Source of the DNA: Tubiluchus corallicola | Taxonomy: Eukaryota > Animalia > Priapulida | Reading direction: 5' to 3' | Length of the DNA stretch: 64,000 bases | NCBI GenBank assembly: GCA_030141605.1 | Contig: JAQGDQ010000153.1 | Coordinates: forward strand, 124,001 to 188,000 | In this document: positions 1-12,600 of the stretch, one piece after another | Numbering within the stretch: the first letter of the stretch is position 1 | How the letters are laid out: each line of letters opens with the position of its first letter | Program-made: the position numbers and the translations under genes | Notes under the pieces: generated by a model | The model's input: only the letters and a program-made list of their open reading frames with translations | Told to the model about the DNA's origin: nothing | Databases searched by the model: none

Positions 1-612
1 ATAGACGAGGTATAGTGGTTAAGCTGGTCATCTTACATACTCAAGCCAACATAGAACAGACTGAGGTTAAATGCTAAAGCCTTAAGACAGTATGGAATAG
101 AAGATTCGTCTATTTTAGACTGTTATCAAAATTCTTCATGTCAGTTATTATAGACTAAGCAGTGCAGATTAGCAAGTTACCACCATGCAGCATTTTGAGT
201 ACTAAAAAAGTTAATAAAAGCTGAATTACTAGCGGATAATTTCTTTACGTGACAAAAACAATAAAAATAACTCCCAGAACAGAAAGATTTCAGCAAAGTG
301 AAGTTATTTAAAGCAGCTTTCTGGATATACCTACTAAGAGTAACAATTTAACAAACTGGCAAAAATAGATACAGCTACAAAACTGGATGAAAAGTATTGT
401 GCCCAGGGAACATTGCAAGATAAATATGGATATGAACAGGATTAATTTGAAATATTATAAGTAAGCATTTGCAAGACATTTACAAAAAAGTAGTTTTTCC
501 ACTGTAACAAAATGTCCAGCACACACTTATGAAATTGGCCATTGTCCATTGGTCACCGAGAGTGGTGACTGATTATGATGGTCAACCGGTGATGTACAGG
601 TTCATGCAAACC

Positions 613-698
613 TTAGTTAGCTGATACTATGTCTTGCAAAGTCGCTTCCATGTCATCGTTCAGAGCCTTGCGTTTTTGTCGCTCTATCAACAGGTCAT
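613..698 (-). CDS. Tm1: Tropomyosin terminal coding exon ([28 protein letters not shown])
   Basis: AG acceptor at 699-700; phase 1 fits the previous exon; TAA at 613-615. Confidence 0.85.
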
Positions 699-3600
699 CT
701 ATAAACGCAACCACACAAACACAATGCTTTGTTAATGCAAACAATCAAACACGTGAATTCTAAACACAACATGCTTTTAGTTATTTTAAATGTAAATACA
801 AACGATAATAGAAATATCAAATAAAAATAACTGCAAAACCAAGTCTGGTGTTAAATTATTTAAATTTAAGAATTCTTTATAAAACGATTCACTAAACTGC
901 CACTTACAAGTCATAATTCAGAAGCATGCTTGTTAGAAACGAAAGAAAAATTATAATTTTTTGGTAACTTGTGAGAAAGTAATGTACGCATTCAATGAAG
1001 AAACTCTTTCTTGTTTCTTATGATTCATTATTCTACAGTAAGACGTTGCTCATCTATGTAGCACCTTACTTAGATCTAACAGCAATTCAGCAAGCTACTC
1101 TCTCGCTTAACTGTGACTGTTCAATTTTAAAGATGCCCATTTGGCCTTACCTGAAACACTAAAAACATCCACTAATAACATAAATCTAATAAAAGAATTG
1201 TTGCATTTCATTTTATTCCCGACTCTTATCCATCCTATCTTCTATGACAGAATTTATTGCTGGACATTGCTACTTGTGCACCTGTACACACTGTAACTAC
1301 ATAATAGCTGTCTTTCCAGTCCCAACTGTCACTATTTTCATTTGCAATTGAGCTGCCAAAGGAACACAGCATTTAAATTGTTATCGTAAAACAGAAACAG
1401 AAATTCGCAACACTAGAGATTAGATCATTTAGAAACCCAAGTTTAGAATTTTACAAACTATTTCATGTATAGTAACAGCAATGACATTAATGTTATTTGT
1501 AATTCTATGCAGAGTGTGTGGTAACCTTTACAACAAAGAAATTGTTTTGCATTATGCATCTACACCATTGGCTAAAAAAATTACCATTGCCAACAGGTCG
1601 CAAAAGTTTTATGATCAAGATGGTGGAACATCTTAAACCAAACAACAACTCAGTAGTAGTAACAGTACAGCAAAAACAGAATTCTGAAGTTTAGTCAATT
1701 TGTGGCTTGTTATTTTTAATTTATCCAAATAATATGGAAAGTAAAGGAGGACAAATCAGTTGCACACGGTTGTGATAAACCTTTATATGATGACCTCTTA
1801 TATAAAAACCAGCTAGTATGAAAAGTGTTGGTAGTGTTGGTTGCCAAAATGGACCGAATAATTTGAGTCACTCTGTTGCACAAGTTTAAATTTTAGAGTT
1901 ACTGGGGAGTTGTTACAGACAACAAACAAAATCTTCAGTGCTATAAACAAATTTGTTAATTTCAACTATCACATTCACGTTTAGCAAACTTCAAACAACA
2001 GATAAAAACAATTGAACCACGAGGGAGCAACACTAATAAATAAAAAAGCATTAATTAGTATCTTGAACATTTTTAAGATAATTACATACCTTCAAGTCTG
2101 TCAACTTCCTTTTGTAGTTTCTGTACGGTTCGCTCAGCGAATTCAGCCCTGGTTTCAGCCTGAAATGAATAATGTTCATTTTTACTACTACAGTCATTTT
2201 AAATCAAAATTTGCCATTTGATTAATATATGTAGTGCTCACTATGCATATTTACTACTGCAATGTTTTAAATAAACCAGTATGTCCTAGCCCATAAGCTT
2301 TACCACTAATGTTATTTTTGATGGTGAAGTGGCCGTTCGCTGCAGTGTAGTGCTAGGTTGCAAAATAACGTTACTTCTAAACAGATTTACTGATAGCAAC
2401 ATTATCCTATTGCTCAAAAAAAATAACTGCAACATTAAATAAATGGCACATTTACTTGTAAAGCACAAACACAATCATTGAGTTGTAAAATTCATGCTCT
2501 AAAAACTCTGGAGTAGCTTACATCTTTAAGCCTGGCAGTAATGTCTCTCAGCTGTGTTTCATAGGAGTCTTCTCTTTGTGCAGCCTGTACAATAAATAAA
2601 AAGATATTACTATAATGACAGTTAAAAGTGCAAAATATTCATCAAAACAAGCAACTGGTGCATGAAAATAAACGGCATCTAATTCTCTTACAAGACTACA
2701 TTATGAAAAAAGAACAGCAACAAATGAAAGATTAGGCAAAACAGAAATCAAACAAAAGACAATTACCTTCTCTTCGCTGACTTCTAGTGACTTGAGATTG
2801 TTTCCAACAACCCGAAGTTCTTCTTCCAGTTCCACAATCTTCCTGCATCATAGAAAAACACTTTTTCAGTTTTAATAAGTTAGTTATGTGCAAGAACACG
2901 AACAAAATAGCTTTCTGTCAGCTTGTCTACTAATGAACATAATAAACTGATATCAGATGCTGGTAATGGTGTGGTAATAGCAAATAAAATACTGAATGCT
3001 CTTATACCTTCAAGTCCGCACATTCAAAAGAAAATCATTGTAACAAACTTGTATCAAACGTTTACATGTAAAAATGTTGTGAATAAACGGGTTGTTCAAG
3101 TAATGTTGCTCACTCAATTACGGCAATAAAAATATTTTCAAGTAGTAAGCAACTCTATAACTTTGATAAGACTGTACAATAATTATTAAAATAATGTTAA
3201 CTTGCTGATTGATGCCCCATAATGAATTAAGAGGTTGGCAAACACAGTTAAATAGATGCACAGATGCAGTTTGACCTGAAATAGTATCTAGTAAAAAATG
3301 TAGTGGTCTACAAAGTTCAGTAGAGTTACAATTCTCTTACCTGTGTGTTGGGTTTGACACCATTTAGACAGGTTTTATAACTTTCCAGCTACTGATTTAT
3401 TTGCTTACACTTTACCACCCTACAACTTACCTGCTAATAGTACGATAACGTGTTCTGTATGTGTTAGAACCAAGTGCCAACACTGACACCCAGAAGAGCT
3501 ATGAAACAGCATAACATACAATCTAAACTAACAAATCTATAATCAAGCCAGCAAAAAATATGTAATTAAGACCAGCTACAGATAACTTTATTCAGTTAAT

Positions 3601-6600
3601 TGCCATTGTTAATATTAAATAAATCGAATGCGACCACATTCAAAAATAAATAATTCTACAAATATAGATTGTCAAATGCTGAGCTATGCAAAATTAGTTT
3701 GGAATTATTTATTAACCAACAAGGGAATGAGAAAACGAAGACTTGTTATCTCATATGTTACTAACTACAAAGCACAAAGTAATAAAATAATAATTAAACT
3801 TACACAACTATAAGAAACAAGAACTGAATATTAACGAAAAATTTAAATTCTGGACTATTTAGGCCTACATTTATATCTGTCTTTGTCATAGTTAGTAATA
3901 CGAAGGTTAGTTTGTAGTGCATGCACTACATTAACTACAGACAAGGCAGCTGAAATAACCAAAGGCCAGTCAACCAACACGGTTAAAAAATAGTGCAGAC
4001 GAACAGCACACTACAAATTGCAAAACTTGCAAAAAATCACTGCTGTTTCTAAAATTCTGCGTTAACCATGAAATTATACTTACACAAACATGCTGACATT
4101 ATGTAAGTGTATAAAATTTCAGATAAATTTCAAGCATTCCGTAGCGTTATCATGATAACCACCCAAACTGCATGTACTGATGAAACAGAAATCCAAGCTT
4201 TGGCAGTTTGCTCACACATCATAACAGAAGTAAAAATAAGTCACACAGGAAAAATGCAAGATAAGGTGCCATGCCCCCTGGTGTATTAGGTGTTTTTATT
4301 GATGAACTTGTTGGGAAATTAAATCTTCAGGAATGCCAAACAAGGTGCAAAAAACTTAATAATACGAGAATTTAAGAATTTCTTAATCTTTGCTAATTTA
4401 TGAATCAGACAGGTCAAAATGAATGGCCAAAATTTGATGTTATCAGCATTGTTGAATACTAGTCCGGACTTACTACCGTACACTCAGTATTTGAGCGCTT
4501 TCTGTTGTCGTAAGCACACAGAACTAAATTAGGGAGTGTGGTAGCATTTTAGTACTGTTTAAATAATTTTAGAGCACAATGCCTAAAATAGGTGGAATGA
4601 GATTTTGAAGAAGAACAAGAAATATTAAGGGGCATTATTGGGTGTTTCTTCTGTAAAGGCACCTCAAATTCCCAAATTCGAATTATTACCATACTTTCCT
4701 ACCTAACTCTATATATGGAGCTTACTTCCTTTCTTATGTGATCACCTTTCGGCCCCCCATGAATAAAAATTTTGCCAAAAAATGAAACAAATAATGAAAT
4801 GAACGAAACCACCAACATGAATGAAAATCAAAGAATTAAATGCAGGTTAAAAAGTGGTGAGGTACAACGAAGGTCACACAAACCTTTCAGAAAATTTGGA
4901 AATGTGCAGGAATGTGTCAAAGAGCCAGATATATTAGCCAAATGAGGAATGAACAAGTTGCAGACACGTCAAATGGGGAGGCGTGTGTAACTTACATCTC
5001 ACCAGATGATGCCCTTTCTTCTGCCTTTTCCAAATCTTGTTCTACCATTTGCACTTTACGCGAGACCTATCATTGTACAACAATAACTAGGATTAAAATA
5101 CAATAATGGCAATGAAAAACTTACGCCTCACCCGCCTCAGCACGTTCCTCCGCACGTTCCAAATCGGACTCAACCATCTGGACTTTCCGAGAAACCTGGT
5201 ATTGAGAAAAAATGTTAATAGTCATGAAAAGAAAACAGAACTTCTTTCTTCGACAAGTGCAATAATACTTGCATAGATGCTTCGCTTTCATTTTTTACAG
5301 CTTACACCATTCAGTTACACAAATCATTCTTCTACAGTATTTTACCAATTAAACAGCTACTGTAGTTAAGACGTACGGAGACAAAATCTTCACTTATCAT
5401 TAGATGAAACAGTATGAAAATTACTATGCACAGCTCATAGAATATTATTATTGTGTCACCAACTTCATAATCAAGAAATTAATACCGAATGCAAAATTTG
5501 ATCAATTACTGCAGGTGATCTATATTAAGCATATTAGCACTAATTTATTGTTAAAATGCTAAAACAGCATCTAATACCAGGTAGCTACATTGTCAAAATA
5601 AATCATGCTGCCGCCATAAAATAATAATGTTGTAGTAGAAGATCTCATGAAAAATAAAAATATGTCTTTTCCAGAAACTCCAAATTTGATATTCTAAAAA
5701 TTACAAATTTGCAAATGAAACAGAAATAAATGCATTACATATTACCAAGTACCTAAAAAAACAATACAAATGGTAGTTAGTATAAAGTTAACACCACACA
5801 CAAACACAAACTATAACTGAGTAAACACAAAATGCTCCAAGGCATTATACTAATATTAACAAGTTATAAAAATACACCAAAAACATGCATTGCTGTGACC
5901 TATGCATATTTAGGTGAAGCCTATATAAATGACGGGCAATATATGTGGACCAGTTACTTCTGACTAATTACAAAATAAATATACGTAGAAACATATATTT
6001 AGAATAGGTGTTTTCACAAGCACTACGTACTCCACATGGGACGTGTGCATGTAATAAACTTTAAATTATTCATTTTTGATTTCTGTTGCTTAAAGATTTT
6101 CCTTTTGAATAACTAATGAAGAGATTTGTAGGATGTTCAGGCCTTATAAAAATAGGCATTTTAGTTTAAGAAAATGTAATGCAAATAAATTTTGACCGAC
6201 ACTTCCATCCCAATTGCTATGAGAGAAGTAACTGCATTTTGTTCAGCCTCTGATCAAATATGGTTTCTTAAGCCAGTGGAAGTGTTGAAGTTTACTAAGC
6301 ATCTGAAAACATTATTATCACCTTTGGATATATATGCCAACCGTCAATTTAAACGTAATTATATCTGAACTGGCACTATTTGCAGCTTAGTAAAGCACTC
6401 ATGTTATTGTAAGGCAAGCATGTTATCTGTCAAGCAGCCTATGCCAAGCGAACCTCATCAAACTTGCGATCCGCTTCTTCCGCTAAAAACTGCGCCTCCT
6501 TTAGCTGCATCTCGAGAGCATCAGTCCTCTCCTCTTCTGCCTGTACCTTCGATTCCAGCACCTTACGCATTCTTCACACACCGAGAAAGAGTTAGAAAAA

Positions 6601-9600
6601 AGCCACTCTGTTAAACATTATTAGGTATCACATGGCAACTGATACGGGACACAGTGCAAATGCAACACGCCATGCACCAATCACCTCATCAAATTTCCTA
6701 TCCGAATCCTCAGCAAGAATTTGTGCCTCTTTGAGCTGGTTTTCTAGCGCGTCCGTGCGCTCTTCCTCTGTTTGACACTTGTGTTCAAGCATCTTTCGCT
6801 CACTAAACAGCCACAAATCATCAGTTTAATTTCATCCACATCTAGTAAACAAAATTGTTGTGTTCATGAAATGTATACTACAGATATTACCTGTTTTCCA
6901 CCGACATCCACCTACAAGAGCCAAAACCCGCTTATCAAAGAGTTAGTAAAAGGCTATAAGCACCATATTTATTAATAGTACCACTACAGCTATCCTCGAA
7001 GTTGGAATTAAGCTACTACGCCCAGACTAGTTTCGCCACCTGGCGAAACATGAATGCACTAACCTCCTCGTATCGATGTTGTGCATTTTCCGCTAATTCG
7101 CGGGCTTCTTGCAGTTGCATTTCTAACAGCTCTACTCTGTTGTCATCCATTGTGTTTCTATTTTCCATTGCTTTTCTGTTTCTGTAGAGGAAAAGTTTTT
7201 TGTTCATTAACAACATGCTGCATGCAAAAGTGGCTCATATGACATTGAAACATGGTGGTAAGATGCCAAAATTTCCTTTTCAGATGACTTACCATCAAGG
7301 CTCACAGGAAAAAAGTCATTAAATGTTCTCTAATGTGGAATGCATGATAAATAGTATTAGTTTCTACCACCAAGTTTCAATGGTCAGGTCAGCCCTCAAC
7401 ACTGTGGTCACAACACACATGGACCCTACCTCCTCATTTTTCCGATCGGCCTCTTCTGCGAGGTATTTATACTGGTTAAGCTCTCGCTCCAGCTGATCGA
7501 TGCGATCATCGCCACGATTAAATCGATTCTCGAATGATTTCCTTGCTCTACGAATGACAAAGCAGGCATGCAACACAAAAACGAGCATAAACAACTACAA
7601 CAGCAGCAACAATTGACAGTTAAACTGGTTAGTCAATGGCGTTTAGTAATGACAATCACAAATGTGGTTTAGTTTATTAGTAATAATAGCAAAACAGCAT
7701 CATCATGGAACATAAAATAAACCCATTTACCAAATGAACTGCACGGGATTATTGCTGTAAATTTTCTCTGAAAGAATGAAGAAAAGCTGAATCTTTTTTT
7801 AATAATCTTAAATATGATTAGGGGCCATCCACATATAACGATATCAAGTTTAGAGTAGGTAGGTGGCATCAGACGTGATAACGCGATTATAACGCAAGGT
7901 ATGAAGGTGATTTAGTCAAGATATCGTTATCGTCCTTAGAGGTGGGAGAAATCAGCAAGAGAATCTTGTAGGATTTGTAACAATTATCATGCATCTCAAA
8001 AATCCGTGAATTCACACCTAAAGTGTCGTCGTCAAAAACAGCAGATTGCGTCGCTGGTGGCGGTGCAATGAAATGACCAACCAACTCATCCAGTACCAGT
8101 GATGCAGAACAAGGAATGGCTGGATGTAATTGGTTGTGAGGAGGAGAAATCTGTAGGCTGGGTCGATGAGAATGACTTCAGTGAAATGGAGCTGCTATCA
8201 CCTCCACCACCGAAGCAAGTAGAATCCACTGATGGTTTCCTGTTAATTAACACAAGTGATGTTGTTGCCTGTCCCTTGGAGAAAAAATAAAATGTACAGA
8301 AAACTACATCGATGTGATATCAATATCAGAATAAGGGGTAGGTAGGTGGGGGGTGTATAATAACGCCAATACAACGCAAGGTAGGAAGGTTTTCGAAATC
8401 GGTCGAAAACTTGATATAGTTATATGTGGAAGGCCCCTTACCTCCACGCAGTACCATGGTAAGTAAATAGTAATAGTTACAGGCCTAATTCTTTAAAAAG
8501 AGTTCCTCAGCAGAGATAAATGAGAGCAATAGTTTTCAGCATCTAATTCAGGCAGATGTGAACAGCAGCATCATACGTGTTGACAACAATATTTTTTATT
8601 ATTAATAAATATTATTGTACCTTTTAATGTTTATAGTATGAAATACTACATTAAATCACCATCCACATGCTCATTGTGTTTAGGTGATTCAACAAGCAAA
8701 ATTCATTAGACTGCAGCACGTAGTAATTTGGTAAACAAATATACTGAATACTAGCAGAATTACGAGAAAAAATAAAATATTTTTCTTGAATGTTAACAGC
8801 GACAGTTTAACCTACAAAAGCTCTCAAAGGTTTGAACCACAAGATGATCATTAAAGCAAACAAACTTGTTAAATCCTTTCTACTCATATTAAAGGTCAAT
8901 AGCATCTACTATCCTTCACTTTACACCCACAAATAAGACGATCTGCTAACTGACAAACACCGAAACATAACACTGGCAAAAGCAGACGAAACAGTTTACA
9001 TTCTGACAAATACATGTCAGAACAATGCTAAACAATAACATACGCATTGTAATTGAGATGCATTATGTGCATCTCAAGCACAAGTAGCTGAAGAAAATGC
9101 GCAGAGCTCCAAAAGATGCCCGTAGGAACAGCTGCAGCAATTTACACAGAAATTCAAGGATAATTCAAACAAAAATAAGGCTTTTTTAAATCATTGCAAA
9201 ATTTACAGCTGCATGTACATTTACACAAGGTACATAAAATACTATGTTCAACTGCATTCAAAAGAAAGTATATTATTACTTGCATATTTCGATTAAGCAT
9301 TTACTAATGAACTACTCATATCATTGAATTAACTATTTAAGTAATTATATATACGAACTAACTGTGATTGTATATATTTGTCCTTAAAATGTACTATACT
9401 TTTCCACACTACACATAGTGGAAATACTGAGATCAATAACATAGCCTATTGTGTTGTAAATCCTCTCAAAATAAATAATACACACACACATATATATATT
9501 TGTAATTTTCTATAATATAATATAATATAATATATATATATTATAATATATATTATGAATAAATTTACGAGTAAATGAAATTTGATAATTTTTCAGGCAA

Positions 9601-12600
9601 AAAATAATCCTAGTAAGACACCTTGCAGTGTCATACCAACCGTTCGCTTTCATCTGCAGCTTTTGATGCTTCTTCTAGTTTTTCTGTGCTAGTTTTTAAT
9701 CTCTCTTCAGCACGTTCTAAATCTTCTTCTAGGAGCTGAATTCTTCTATTAAGAGCTGCAACTTCTGCTTCTGCCTGCACACATAAATACATACAATTTA
9801 AATAACAAATAATTTAAGTATATGCCACTGTGTGCTTCCAAGTACATTTTTTACCAAAAATTTAACATTTTTCAAAATATCTGAAAAAGTTGAATGTTAA
9901 CCAATTCACTACCTCCAGGTCTTATCAAGTTATCATAGGTTTGGCATTAATTCAATTGAAAATGACATTTTTCATATTATATACACAACATCATAGTTGC
10001 GTGTGTCTCTTAATAATCACTTTAATTATCCACTTTCAAATGCTAAAATTATTTCCTCTTCTGATGCATCACCAAAGGTTATATTTATGCAAATTAATCT
10101 GTAAAAAGATAATTAGAAAAATGCGTAATATGTACCCTGACAGTGGCTTTTGCCAGTATGACTTTTAAGCTTCAAATGTCATACAAAGAAATTACAAGCA
10201 ACTTTTATGCAGGCGACTAGTTGGATGTAACTGAGCTAATTTCAAAAAATATATGGGCCTAACCATTTGGATTTGGTATACATTTATAAACTAGCAGTGC
10301 ATACTTTGTTGGGAACTGCAGAACTGCTAGAATGTGTTGACTTTTACTGGCTTTGTGGGGGCATTTGGTGAAGGCAGTCTATCTGAACAAAGTGTTTATA
10401 CATGGGGCAGCCAAATATTAACATACCCAGCCAATGTAAACATTTGAATTAATATTACTGACACAGACACTAAACGGTTTGCTAATTCACTACAGTGTGG
10501 TACCTATAAACTAATGAACTTTGAGCACCTCATGCGCAAACAGGAAAGAATGTCTCTAATTCCGGTTATAGCTTTTTCTATGATTACTTATATTCATTCT
10601 GAAAACACAGTGTAATTAAAAGTTTGAATCATGTTTCACCTACTAATCAGCATGTTTTATGATTTGCATTTTGACAAAAAAGACTTAGAGATGCAATGTA
10701 CAATTCAGTGAGCTAAATTATAACTTAAATCATAATCACGGCTAAATCATAGCTATGAATCATAACAACAATGCAAGGCAGCATGTGAACAAAGTTTAGA
10801 ATCATTTCTTACTTGGCTCTTTAATTTTGTTCTTACTGTCCCAAAAGGTTGGTTAATTGTATTTTTTTAATAAGACAGCCATGACAAATGATGAGGATTC
10901 AACCTTATAACCAAATCTTGCATTTCATCTTGAAAATAAAATGTGATTGTGAGTAATTTTTTTTTAGAATAGAATAATACTTTATATTTGACACATTCAC
11001 CAAATAAACAATAGATGACACTTCGTTTTTGAGAAAGTCTGGAGAGATTTGGATTACTGATGACTGAATGTGAGCCACAAGTCTGCCGCACTTGCATAGG
11101 GCCTACGGCAGACGCTACACATGAAACTACACGGGCCACCATCTGCAGATTTTCATGGCACAATATCGCATACTTCACTCGATTCGCCTTGTGGGTTTCA
11201 AAACTTCTCACACCATCATTAACCACCAACCGCCATACATGTAATCTTCTGCGAGGGTTTGCTAGTTGTCTAATGCAATTCCAGTGTTCTTGAGGTCAGC
11301 TTTAATGAGATCCTTATATCTAAGCTTTGGCTATCCTATATTTCAAACACCTCCCGTTAGTGCACCGAAGAGGGCTTTGCTTGGGCATGCTGTAGTTTTC
11401 CATCCTCGCAACACGCCCTATCAGCCACAAGCGGCCCTTGTTTAATAGTGTCTTGATCGAGTCACAGCCACCTCTCTCGAATACTTCTCGGTGTGCATGC
11501 CAGTTGATTTGCATAATCTTCAGCAGGTACCTTTGCTGACATGCCTCCAATACACCATCCACATTTTAACAGCATACAGTACAGTGCTGGGTATGACTGC
11601 TTGGAATACTTCCAAGTTCGTGTTGAGGGACATGCTATGACTTTTCTATACTCTTTCCTAAAGAATTCCAAATGAATGCACTGGTTTTACTGATAGTGCT
11701 GTCAATTTCCAAGTTCAGCTGTCTACTGCTGCAGAGAATACTTCCAAGTAGGTAAAAGAGTTGGTATTTTTTGAGTTGCTTTTCAAACAAATAAGTACAT
11801 GTTACCTTGTCAGGTGTTAAGCAAGTCTTAATAAAATAAAATCAGGTTCACCAAATACAAACAGCTATGGGTAGAAATGGAAAGGGAATATCAGTAGGAA
11901 GGCAGAAGAGATCATGAAAATTTAATTTCTAAACTATTAAACTATTATGCTGCCACCTGCCCCTAATTGATGAACTAAATCAAACATGATTCTATTTCAG
12001 AAAAGTGTTTACACCCGTCAGAATTCATTACATATATACTAAATAGAGAAGTCCTGGTTAATAAATTTAAGAGTCCAAATATTTCTCCTGACAAAATATT
12101 AGGTATCCAACTCAAGTAACCTAAACACAAAGCAGTACAAGGCAGTTTGTACTTCATCCAGCAGCCAACCAGCAGCCTTAGAGTAGGTACATTCACACGG
12201 TAACACAGGAATGTGAACTTCATTCCATCATCACACAGTGGTTGTACAACTAGACAAGTTAACAGGTAGTTTGATATTAACTGATGATTTATTGATGTAG
12301 TACATGCGTGTATAGTAGTGCTCTAGGATAAATCCTGTCACACATGGGCAGTTAAAGATAAAATGATAAAATGCATAAGTTTAGGGCTTACTTATGCTGA
12401 TATGTTGGTAGATGATAATTTTTAATCTGTTTCACAGTTAACAACTTTATCAATGGATTGATGAGAAAGTAAAGAAAGCGAATTAAGATTACCAAAATGT
12501 TAGAAATTTTTGCTCTTTTAGCAATTTGAACAAAGTCATTATGATAACAGTTTGGCGAAATATTTTTGGAAATTTTGATGCTCGAAGCTAGAAAAAAGTT

